NCBI GenBank assembly: GCA_032250835.1
Contig: JAVVEA010000015.1
Location: 22,758-86,757, forward strand
Direction: 5' to 3'
Source: a bacterium
GTDB taxonomy: Bacteria; SAR324; XYD2-FULL-50-16
DNA length: 64,000 nucleotides
The notes under the pieces were generated by a model that made no database searches, had not been told where the DNA came from, and saw nothing but the letters and a program-made list of their open reading frames with translations. The translations under genes were made by a program, and so were the position numbers. Below are positions 38,380-46,490 of this stretch, piece by piece (the stretch's first letter is position 1; each line of letters begins with the position of its first letter).

Positions 38380-38967
38380 ATGTCTGCTTTGTTGAGTGCG
38401 CTGCGCAAGGAGCCTGAACTCTCGAAAGTCTTAAGATCTCTGCTGGAAGACTCCCAGCCGAGGTTAGCCCTGATCCAAGAGCTATCCAAACATCGTTTGC
38501 TGTACTTTGCTTACGGTTCAAACCTCTTAAGCAGCCGTATCCAAGCGGCCAATCGGGCACCCGGTGCGGTCAGTCTCGGGGCCGCGCAACTGGAGGGACA
38601 TTGTCTAGTTTTTGATCTGCCAGGGATGATCGAAGGGGAAACCGCAGGAGGCGGCGTGGCCAATATCCGGCCCAGTCCGGGGGCGTCGCTTTGGGGGGCT
38701 TTGTACTGGATGCCACAGCCGCAGCTGGTGCGGTTAAACAACCTAGAGGCCGGGTTTGGGTACCGCGTCTTGTTTGAGCCAGTAGTCAGCCCGGTCTTTG
38801 GGGTCTTAAAGGCCTATTATTATTTGGCTGAGGCTCAGTTGGTGGTCGAAGCTGCGCCTACAGAGGTCTACCGGCGGTATTTGATCGACGGAGCCTTGGA
38901 ACAGAGGTTGCCCGAGGGGTATCGGCAGCAGCTTCAGAGTCAAATGGACCGCCTACAGAAAGCATAA
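38380..38967 (+). CDS. Gamma-glutamylcyclotransferase family protein
   Basis: YFAYGSNL, GGVANI, WGALY, LNNLE, YRRYLIDGALE..LPEGY. Confidence 0.85.
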   Translation: MSALLSALRKEPELSKVLRSLLEDSQPRLALIQELSKHRLLYFAYGSNLLSSRIQAANRAPGAVSLGAAQLEGHCLVFDLPGMIEGETAGGGVANIRPSPGASLWGALYWMPQPQLVRLNNLEAGFGYRVLFEPVVSPVFGVLKAYYYLAEAQLVVEAAPTEVYRRYLIDGALEQRLPEGYRQQLQSQMDRLQKA

Positions 38968-39020
38968 AAAAAACCCCCAAACAAAGCCGGAATTTGGAGG
39001 GGCTCTGTTTGGGGGTCTTT
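38966..39020. terminator. Hairpin/terminator between convergent genes
   Basis: AAAAAAACCCCCAAACAAAGCC...GGCTCTGTTTGGGGGTCTTT inverted repeat. Confidence 0.6.
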
Positions 39021-39102
39021 AAAAAATCCTAACAACGGTGCCAAGCACCGTTTAACGGGGAGGGGCCTTGAAAAATAAAGCCCCACCTTTTCTTAGGATG
39101 AT

Positions 39103-39456
<354 letters not shown>

Positions 39457-39494
39457 TTATGGGTTATAGGCCCCGAAGGGCCCGGTTCCTTTTC

Positions 39495-40232
39495 TTAGAA
39501 GGAGTAGTCAACAGACATCCAGAATTCATTGTGCAGACGATCGGTTTTGTCGGTCTGCTGAACTACTTGGGTTTTGTTGAAGCTGGCGCTGGCCTGATCG
39601 TTGATGGCTTTCGACATCGACAGGGTGATGATGCCACTGGTTTCAGGAGCGATACCGGCGCCACCTAACCACTCGTGGTTGTAGGTACCACCACCGTAGG
39701 TGATGCCTACGTCATAGCCCAAAGCCGCGGTGCTGTAGCCAATTTCGATCCAGTTTAGCATGATCGACTCGTCTGCTTTTTCGCCAGCACCCTTGGTGGA
39801 GGCATCAGGCAGAACTAAATACAAGGTAGCCGAGATCGCGTCCATTCCGTAGCCAACAAAGACTTCGTTCTGGGTGCCGATGTTCTTGCCGTCAGCATCG
39901 GTGCCGAAGCTTTTCCAGTCATAAGAGTACATGGTCAAACCGAAGCTTAAACCAGATTCCATCTCATAGATAGCGTAGTAGTCGGTTTCGTGAGCACCCG
40001 AAGCAACCGCGTTCCAGTTACCCAAGGTCAAACCGGGCATAGCCGCGAAGGTGAAGTCCAAACCACCGCTGAACGAGGTGTTGTTGCCGTTTTGGGGCAC
40101 ACCACGCCAGATGTAGTTAGACAAGACGCTAGCGTTGCCAGCGACGGAAACCGATTCTTCGGCGTAAAGGGTAGAGCCAAAGCCCATCAGGGCCAAACCG
40201 ATTACCATGCCTTTAATTGCTTTGCTGAACAT
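39495..40232 (-). CDS. TorF/Gcw_chp-like outer-membrane porin
   Basis: Signal peptide, SNYIWRGVPQ..SFSGGLDF, terminal aromatic VDYSF; lies between amtB and P-II. Confidence 0.8.
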   Translation of the reverse strand: MFSKAIKGMVIGLALMGFGSTLYAEESVSVAGNASVLSNYIWRGVPQNGNNTSFSGGLDFTFAAMPGLTLGNWNAVASGAHETDYYAIYEMESGLSFGLTMYSYDWKSFGTDADGKNIGTQNEVFVGYGMDAISATLYLVLPDASTKGAGEKADESIMLNWIEIGYSTAALGYDVGITYGGGTYNHEWLGGAGIAPETSGIITLSMSKAINDQASASFNKTQVVQQTDKTDRLHNEFWMSVDYSF

Positions 40233-40381
40233 GTGATATTCTCCTAAGAGTTTGTTATTAACGGGTTCCCCCCTGGGTTCGTGCGCCCAGGGGGTATGCC
40301 TGAACCATATGGTACCAAGCGCCCCGATGCGACCTTTGGGAACCCTATGTTCCCTAAGTTTTATAAAGCCTAAAGGCTCGA

Positions 40382-41725
40382 TTAAGAGCGTGCCGTGAGG
40401 CTGCTGATGTTGAAGTCAGCATAAGCCGCAGCGCCGTGCTCGCTGTAATCCAAGCCAACCAATTCTTCTTCTTCGGTTACGCGGATGCCGATCGTCATGT
40501 CGATGAGCTTGATCAAGACAAAGCTGCTGCCGAAGGCCCAAGCACCGATGCTCACCACACCGATGGCCTGATTGACCAACATACCAGCACCCCCGCCGTA
40601 TAGTAGGCCGTTCTCGGCGTCAACCAAGCCCAGCAACAAGGTACCGATGGCACCAACCACACCGTGAACACTGATCGCGCCGACGGGGTCGTCAATTTTC
40701 ATGGCATCCAAGGCCAACACGCTGAAGACAACGGCCACGCCGCTGATTGCGCCGATAAACATAGCACCTACCGGGGTTACGTTAGCGCAACCGGCCGTGA
40801 TACCGACCAGACCGGCCAAAGCACCGTTGAGGGTCATCCCGACGTCCGCACGCTTGTACTTAGCGAAGGTGACGAAGAAGGCAATCAAAGCGCCCACCGC
40901 AGCAGACAAGGTGGTGGTCACCGCGATCAAGCCGATCGAGGTATCAGCACCCATGGTCGAACCGGGGTTGAAGCCGTACCAGCCCATCCACAGGATGAAC
41001 ACACCCAAGGTAGCCAAGGGGATGTTGTGTCCGGGGATAGCGCGGGATTTGCCGTCTTCGGTGAACTTGCCGATGCGGGGGCCTAAGACCAACACAGCGG
41101 CCAGAGCAGCCCAGCCACCAACAGAGTGGACAATGGTAGAGCCGGCGAAGTCGGTAAAACCAACGTCACCCAACCAGCCACCGCCCCAGCCCCAGTGGCC
41201 AGAGATCGGGTAGATCACGGTGGTGACCAAAACAGAGATCACTAAGTAAGCAGAAAACTTGATCCGCTCTGCAACGGCACCAGATACGATCGTCGCTGCG
41301 GTAGCGGCGAAGACGGCCTGGAAAATGAACGCAGCCAATACGGGGACGGAAGTCCAAGCCAACGAGGCGAAGGCGTCCACGCTTGAAGCATCAGGCAAGA
41401 AGCCAGTCATGCCCATGAAGCCGTTGCCGTTGCCGAACATGATGGCAAAGCCCACCACGTAGAAGCTTAGAGAGCCAATGGCCAAGTCAGCCATGTTTTT
41501 CATCATAATGTTCACGGCGTTCTTAGAACGGGTGAAGCCGGACTCAACCATTGCAAAGCCAGCTTGCATAAAGAATACAAGCACGGCGGCCATAAGCACC
41601 CAGACGGTGTCTAAGGCGTATTGCAAGGCGGGAACTTCTTGTCCGTCTACCTTGCCTTCGAGCCCGAAAGCGGGCATGGCAAATAGCCCCAAAGCAACGA
41701 GGCTGGTGAACGCAAACTTTTTCAT
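40382..41725 (-). CDS. amtB: Ammonium transporter
   Basis: FFMQAGFAMVESG, FQAVFAATAATIVSGAVAER, DFAGSTIVHSVGG, GWYGFNPGS, DDPVGAISVHG. Confidence 0.96.
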   Translation of the reverse strand: MKKFAFTSLVALGLFAMPAFGLEGKVDGQEVPALQYALDTVWVLMAAVLVFFMQAGFAMVESGFTRSKNAVNIMMKNMADLAIGSLSFYVVGFAIMFGNGNGFMGMTGFLPDASSVDAFASLAWTSVPVLAAFIFQAVFAATAATIVSGAVAERIKFSAYLVISVLVTTVIYPISGHWGWGGGWLGDVGFTDFAGSTIVHSVGGWAALAAVLVLGPRIGKFTEDGKSRAIPGHNIPLATLGVFILWMGWYGFNPGSTMGADTSIGLIAVTTTLSAAVGALIAFFVTFAKYKRADVGMTLNGALAGLVGITAGCANVTPVGAMFIGAISGVAVVFSVLALDAMKIDDPVGAISVHGVVGAIGTLLLGLVDAENGLLYGGGAGMLVNQAIGVVSIGAWAFGSSFVLIKLIDMTIGIRVTEEEELVGLDYSEHGAAAYADFNISSLTARS

Positions 41726-41859
41726 CTTTAGGTTCCTTGCATCGGGTTATCTAAACTAAGTTTCCTTAGTTTTGGGGCCATAAACTCGGCTTCCTCCTTC
41801 CAGCGAGTTCTTAGGCCGATTCGGTAAGTACCGAAATCAGTTTGAATACCTTCCTTTAC

Positions 41860-41875
41860 TTCAGGATACGTGCCA
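41860..41875 (-). promoter_or_regulatory. Putative sigma54 (-24/-12) promoter for amtB, variant -12
   Basis: Minus strand TGGCACG-TATC-CTGAA against consensus TGGCACG-N4-TTGCW; AT-rich upstream region. Confidence 0.45.
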
Positions 41876-42086
41876 CAGTTTTAAGTGTAATAAATACAGG
41901 TAGTTGTGCAATAAAAATGAAAATTGAAAAATTACAAAAATGACAAAAAATACTAAAGACCCTGGGAACGAGACTCAAAATGACAAAAGTGACAAGGTGA
42001 GTTTCCGTATTCCTACTGAGGGGGGGGCTTTGGGGGAGGACTTTTTGGGAGAAACAAAAAATTCTTGACCGCTTCATAGATAAAGG

Positions 42087-42100
42087 AGAACATATGTACG
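42087..42100. promoter_or_regulatory. Putative LexA (SOS) box, GAAC-N4-GTTC type
   Basis: AGAAC-ATAT-GTACG, 28 bp upstream of umuD and just downstream of TTGACC (42065). Confidence 0.5.
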
Positions 42101-42127
42101 TGCACCACTCTTTACCCAGAGGACCCC

Positions 42128-42481
42128 ATGAACCAAAGCCTCTTCCCCTTTCCACAACCACCGGCACCCTATTTAGACCTCAACGATTTTTTAGTGGACC
42201 GTCCAGCGTCCAGTTTCTTTGTGGGGGTCGTGGGGGACAGCATGAGCGGTGCGGGAATCTTCCACGGGGACCTCTTGGTGGTCGATGCAGCGGAGCCTAT
42301 GCAAAGCGGTAAGGTCGTGGTGGTCCGGTTTCAGGGGGAGGTGCTGGTTAAGCGGTGGGTAGACGACGGTGAGGACCTCTTTCTTCGGTCTGAATGTGAA
42401 GGTGGGTCGAACCTATTGGTGGCCGAGCGGAGCGAGCTAGACCTGCTCGGCGTGGTCCGCTGGGTTTTGCACCAGCCATAG
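42128..42481 (+). CDS. umuD: UmuD-like S24 peptidase
   Basis: LDLNDFLVDRPASSFFVGVVGDSM..AGI..GDLLVVD, LVKR (Ser-Lys dyad), LLGVVRWVLH. Confidence 0.85.
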   Translation: MNQSLFPFPQPPAPYLDLNDFLVDRPASSFFVGVVGDSMSGAGIFHGDLLVVDAAEPMQSGKVVVVRFQGEVLVKRWVDDGEDLFLRSECEGGSNLLVAERSELDLLGVVRWVLHQP

Positions 42482-42587
42482 AAGCGCTAGAAGTTACCTA
42501 GAAGATGGGGCCCTAAGCCTGCGTTGGCTTTAGATAGGTTCCTGTGATTTTTCAGGTTAAAATTCTGGGTTGACTGACTGATCGACT

Positions 42588-42613
42588 ATATATATTTATA
42601 GCTATATATACAT
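42588..42613. promoter_or_regulatory. AT-rich 26-bp imperfect palindrome, possible repressor operator
   Basis: 13-bp arms centred on AG|CT (TATATATTTATAG/CTATATATACATA), two mismatches, downstream of TTGACT. Confidence 0.45.
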
Positions 42614-42652
42614 AAGCGATTGCCTCGTTAAATATCTATCCCCCAAACAAAC

Positions 42653-42853
42653 ATGTGTGTTGATCGAGTCCACCGTTTTTTAATGGCCAGCGTGCTGGGC
42701 CTTGGAGCTTTTTTAATCCACCAGTCCTCTCCCTTTGGTGAGTACATCTTATGGTTCGTGGTGGGGATGCTGGTGGTCTTTGGTGCCACCAATTTCTGTC
42801 CCTCGGTCTGGATCATGAAAAAACTGGGCTTAAAGAGCTGTAGCCCCTCTTGA
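42653..42853 (+). CDS. DUF2892/YgaP-like small inner-membrane protein
   Basis: DRVHRFL, two TM helices, GATNFCP...KKLG motif. Confidence 0.8.
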   Translation: MCVDRVHRFLMASVLGLGAFLIHQSSPFGEYILWFVVGMLVVFGATNFCPSVWIMKKLGLKSCSPS

Positions 42854-43065
42854 GGGCCCTGAGTATCGTTTTAGCCGGGCACTTAAAGACAACTGCTTTT
42901 AGTTAGGTGTTAAACCGGCTCTGGTTACCGGCCTTTGCCTCCAGGTTCTTTGTTTTCCTCCTTACCTGGAGGCCTTTGAGCCTCGGGCCGCTTTGGCGGT
43001 CTGGGGTTCACCTTCCCTTCCTACCAAAAATTCCCTATGATTTGATCCAAATCTTAGGAGCCCTT

Positions 43066-43743
43066 ATGTCAGTTAAAATCCAGGCGGTGATCTTCGATAT
43101 GGACGGTTTGTTATTGGAGACCGAGCCCATTTATACCCAGGTCACCCAACAGGTAGTCGCTCAATTTGGTAAGACCTTTGACTGGTCCATTAAGCGCCGC
43201 ATGATCGGGCGCGGCCGCCAAGAATCTGGGCAAATTTTGATTGATGCCCTGGGGCTGCCGCTCGATACCGAAGCGCTTTATGCCCTACAAAAGCCCCTGA
43301 TGGAGGCGGCCTTTAAACTAGCCCAACCTATGCCCGGCGCGGTGGCTTTGACCCAAGCCTTGTACCGCAATAACGTCCCCATGGCCCTAGCGACCAGTTC
43401 AAACCGCCATCTTTACGAGATCAAAACCACCGACCATAAAAAATGGTTTAGCCAGTTTTCGGCGGTGGTGACTGGTGACGATCCCCAGGTAGCCCGTTGC
43501 AAGCCGGCACCGGACATATTTTTAGAAGCCGCCCGCCGGATCGGGGCGGAGCCCAGCCATTGTTTGGTCTTTGAAGACGCCCCGACCGGGGTGACGGCTG
43601 CACGCGCTGCCGGTATGTCGGTGGTGGCGGTGCCGGACGCGCACATGGATTTGGCGGAGTACGGTGAGGCCCAGTTGGTGGTGGCGTCGCTCACCAAGTT
43701 TGACCCCATTCCCTGGGGTTTGCCCTTGGTGCTGGAGTCTTAG
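43066..43743 (+). CDS. HAD-IA hydrolase (GS1/pseudouridine-5'-phosphatase-like)
   Basis: IFDMDGLLLETE, ATSS, KPAPDIF, VFEDAPTG, FDPIPWGLP. Start ATG 43066 with AGGAG SD. Confidence 0.85.
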   Translation: MSVKIQAVIFDMDGLLLETEPIYTQVTQQVVAQFGKTFDWSIKRRMIGRGRQESGQILIDALGLPLDTEALYALQKPLMEAAFKLAQPMPGAVALTQALYRNNVPMALATSSNRHLYEIKTTDHKKWFSQFSAVVTGDDPQVARCKPAPDIFLEAARRIGAEPSHCLVFEDAPTGVTAARAAGMSVVAVPDAHMDLAEYGEAQLVVASLTKFDPIPWGLPLVLES

Positions 43744-43744
43744 G

Positions 43745-44431
43745 GTGAGGGTTTTGCTGCTAGGATTGTGGTTGCTGGGTCTGGGCTGGGCCCAGGCAAC
43801 GGCCCAAGACCTAGGTTTTGCAGAACATCTAAAGGCGCAAGGGGACTGCTACCGCGCCCTTAGTGAAGCGCTGGCCGTTGAGTACCAAAGCGGCGAAAGC
43901 CTGCAAAGCCTAAAAATCAAATTGCCCTGCTGGGCCCAAAGTCGGCGTTGGGACCGCTTTGATCCCGCCTTGGACCGGGCCCTGGGCCGGTTGGAGGGCT
44001 CCGAACAGAAACAATGGGCTCTTTTCGGTGTTGAGCAGGCCTGGGATCGGGGCGACGACGGCCGGGCGGCCCAACTTTACCAGCAATACCTTGCTGCCGA
44101 AGAACCGCCCTACCCGCATCAGCCTTCACAGCCCAAAAGCGTCGGGCTGGCCGTTGGCTTACAAGCCGCCCTGCCAGGAGCCGGTTTGGCCTATGCAGGC
44201 CGTTGGGGCCCCGGTTTGGTTTCTTTGGGCTTAAATGGCTTGTTTATCTACGGCAGCGTAAAAGCACACCAAGAAGGAAAGCCCGCCTTAGCGGCGCTTT
44301 TGTTCTTTTTCGAGTGGGGCTGGTACTTTGGGGGGATCGAGGCGGCCCAAGAGGCAGTAGCCCGGCATAACCAAACCCAACTCAGCCAGGAGCGCCGAGT
44401 TTGGCTGGACCTCTACCAACAGGCCTTTTAG
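43745..44431 (+). CDS. Hypothetical exported/membrane protein with TPR-like N-terminus
   Basis: Signal peptide from GTG 43745; FAEHLKAQGDCYRA; PKSVGLAVGLQAALPGAGLAYAG TM2-like motif. Confidence 0.6.
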   Translation: MRVLLLGLWLLGLGWAQATAQDLGFAEHLKAQGDCYRALSEALAVEYQSGESLQSLKIKLPCWAQSRRWDRFDPALDRALGRLEGSEQKQWALFGVEQAWDRGDDGRAAQLYQQYLAAEEPPYPHQPSQPKSVGLAVGLQAALPGAGLAYAGRWGPGLVSLGLNGLFIYGSVKAHQEGKPALAALLFFFEWGWYFGGIEAAQEAVARHNQTQLSQERRVWLDLYQQAF

Positions 44432-45510
44432 CCCAGGATTTCCGTTAAGGCTTGATACAACTTAGCCATCTGGTCGCGGCGGCCCATGCTGACGCGGATG
44501 AAGTTGTTTAATTCGGCCGTTTCAAAGTACCGCACCAAAATCCCCCGATTTTCCAAATCCAACTTCAGCTGTTTCGCAGAATATCCTTCGACGCGGCATA
44601 AAATAAAATTGGACTGCGAGGGGTAAGGCGTCAGGGCCTTAAAGTCCGCCAACCGGGCTTGGCATTCTTGGCGGATTTCGATCAGCTCGGCGACCTGTCC
44701 TTGGAAATGAGGCAGGTCGGCTAAGGCCGCTTTTAGGGATTCTTCGGCGGGGACCGAGACGCTATAAGGGGGTTTGATCTTCATCATCGCTTGGGCCAGT
44801 TCGACGCCCATCACCCCGTAACCTACCCGAAAGCCCGCCAGGGCAAAACATTTGCTGAAGGTGCGCAGCACAATCAGGTTGGGGTGCTCCATAACCCTTT
44901 GGATTTGGCTGACGCCGCTGAACTCGTAATAAGCCTCATCGAGCAAGACCACTAGGTTTTGGGCCAAGAAATAGTCCAACACCTCCGGCTCGACCAGGTT
45001 TCCGCTGGGGTTATTGGGCGAGCAGAGGGCCACCAATTTGACGCCGCTCAAGTCGAGGGCTTGGGCCTTTTTTAAAGAGATGCTAAAGTCTGCTTCGCGC
45101 GGTGCGGTTACATAAACGCCGCTGTTGAGGTCCACCACGTGGCTGTAATAGCCGAAGGTGGGCGTGAAGGCCAAAACTTTGTCCCCTCGTTGCAGCAGCA
45201 AGCGGCAGGTCAGGTCGATCAGCTCATCTGCTCCGGTCCCAGCCACTACCTGTTCCATTGGCACTTGGGCGTAGGCCGCAATGGCGCGGCGCAGGGCTAC
45301 CTGAGCCGGGTCGGGGTAGATATGATAATACTTGCCTTGGCTCAAAGCCTCCAACACCTTGGGCGCGGTGCCAAAGGGGTTTTCGTTGGCGTCGAGCTTG
45401 ATGATCTGCTCTTCGGGCAGGCCCAAGCGCTGCGCGATCTGGTCTGGCGGCTCAATGGGCGCGTAGGGAGACATGCGGCCCACCAAGGGGCTTAATAGTT
45501 GCTGGATCAT
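44428..45510 (-). CDS. hisC: Histidinol-phosphate aminotransferase
   Basis: KLDANENPFG, YPDP, GADELI, CSPNNPSG, DEAYYEF, RTFSKCFALAGFRVGY. Confidence 0.93.
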   Translation of the reverse strand: MIQQLLSPLVGRMSPYAPIEPPDQIAQRLGLPEEQIIKLDANENPFGTAPKVLEALSQGKYYHIYPDPAQVALRRAIAAYAQVPMEQVVAGTGADELIDLTCRLLLQRGDKVLAFTPTFGYYSHVVDLNSGVYVTAPREADFSISLKKAQALDLSGVKLVALCSPNNPSGNLVEPEVLDYFLAQNLVVLLDEAYYEFSGVSQIQRVMEHPNLIVLRTFSKCFALAGFRVGYGVMGVELAQAMMKIKPPYSVSVPAEESLKAALADLPHFQGQVAELIEIRQECQARLADFKALTPYPSQSNFILCRVEGYSAKQLKLDLENRGILVRYFETAELNNFIRVSMGRRDQMAKLYQALTEILG

Positions 45511-46490
45511 TTTTTCTGCGGATGCCGTGAAAGACTTTCTTTAAAGCGTTGGCAAGGGTCCACCCAGGAGTGCCGGTCCGTAAACCAGAGCCACTCAAAG
45601 GAGGGGCCCAGGTCTACACCCGCCGAATGGGTGTGTTCAAAATACTCTGCCAAGGGCCGGGGCTTGATGTCTACTTCCATGATGGCTAGTTGGAATTGGC
45701 GGGCCTGGGGGCGCATTTGGCCGATCCGCTCGGGAACCCCAAGGCCCCATTGCTGGTGCCCATTACCCAGGATCACCACCACCGGCCCGCCAGCGTCGAG
45801 CAGCAGGGCTAACTGGTCGGCCATGGCTTGATTGCGGGCCAACCAGACCCGGTACAGCCCGGCCATCAATTGAGGATCAGACCAACCGCAATGCCCTTCA
45901 GTGAAGGCATCGAACATGGCCAGCCGGTAGGCCTCGCTAGGGGAATGGTAATTTGGCAATTGCGCTCTTTCGGCGCTGCTGAGCTCCGCTAGGTTTTTTT
46001 TGGTCAAGCGGCGCTTTAGGGCGGAAGGCAGGTCCATGGCGGCGACGTCCAGTCCTTCTTGGCGCGCCAGCAGTAAAAGGTCATGGTACCCGGCCCACTG
46101 GTCTTGTTTTTCCCAACCCAGCCGCTTTCGTAGCTTCGCTTCAGCGGCCTGGGGGTCTTTGGGATGGGCGGTGGTATAGGCCATCAATTCCGCCGTTTGG
46201 TTCGCCTCAAAGAGCTCAAAGGCCAGGGTGGGCTTTTTTCCTTGGGCTACCAGATGTTGGATCACCTGGGCTTGGATTTGGTGGTGCCGCAGGTTGTCGT
46301 GTGTCTCGCCCAGGAAGATCAAGTCCGTTTGGGTGGCTTGGGACATCACTTGGCCCGGCTCGCGCAAGCTGCCGGACTGGTAAATCTGCCCGATCAAGGG
46401 GTCTGGGCGGGCTGCTGGCTCAGGTGAAGACAGGCTAGAGCAGGCAGCCAACCAAACCAGCCAGGGCAGCCAAAGCTGGGCTTTAATCAT
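45507..46490 (-). CDS. ChaN-family (heme-binding) lipoprotein
   Basis: Lipobox LAAC; FLGETHDNLRHH, LAFELF, GHCG, RNQAMA, GNGH. Confidence 0.85.
   Translation of the reverse strand: MIKAQLWLPWLVWLAACSSLSSPEPAARPDPLIGQIYQSGSLREPGQVMSQATQTDLIFLGETHDNLRHHQIQAQVIQHLVAQGKKPTLAFELFEANQTAELMAYTTAHPKDPQAAEAKLRKRLGWEKQDQWAGYHDLLLLARQEGLDVAAMDLPSALKRRLTKKNLAELSSAERAQLPNYHSPSEAYRLAMFDAFTEGHCGWSDPQLMAGLYRVWLARNQAMADQLALLLDAGGPVVVILGNGHQQWGLGVPERIGQMRPQARQFQLAIMEVDIKPRPLAEYFEHTHSAGVDLGPSFEWLWFTDRHSWVDPCQRFKESLSRHPQKK

Noticed and set aside
42094-42312. 72-aa ORF with AAGGAG SD overlapping umuD in another frame
   Set aside because: No recognisable protein features; the apparent SD/ATG coincide with the SOS-box-like palindrome. 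Not fully excluded as a regulatory uORF.
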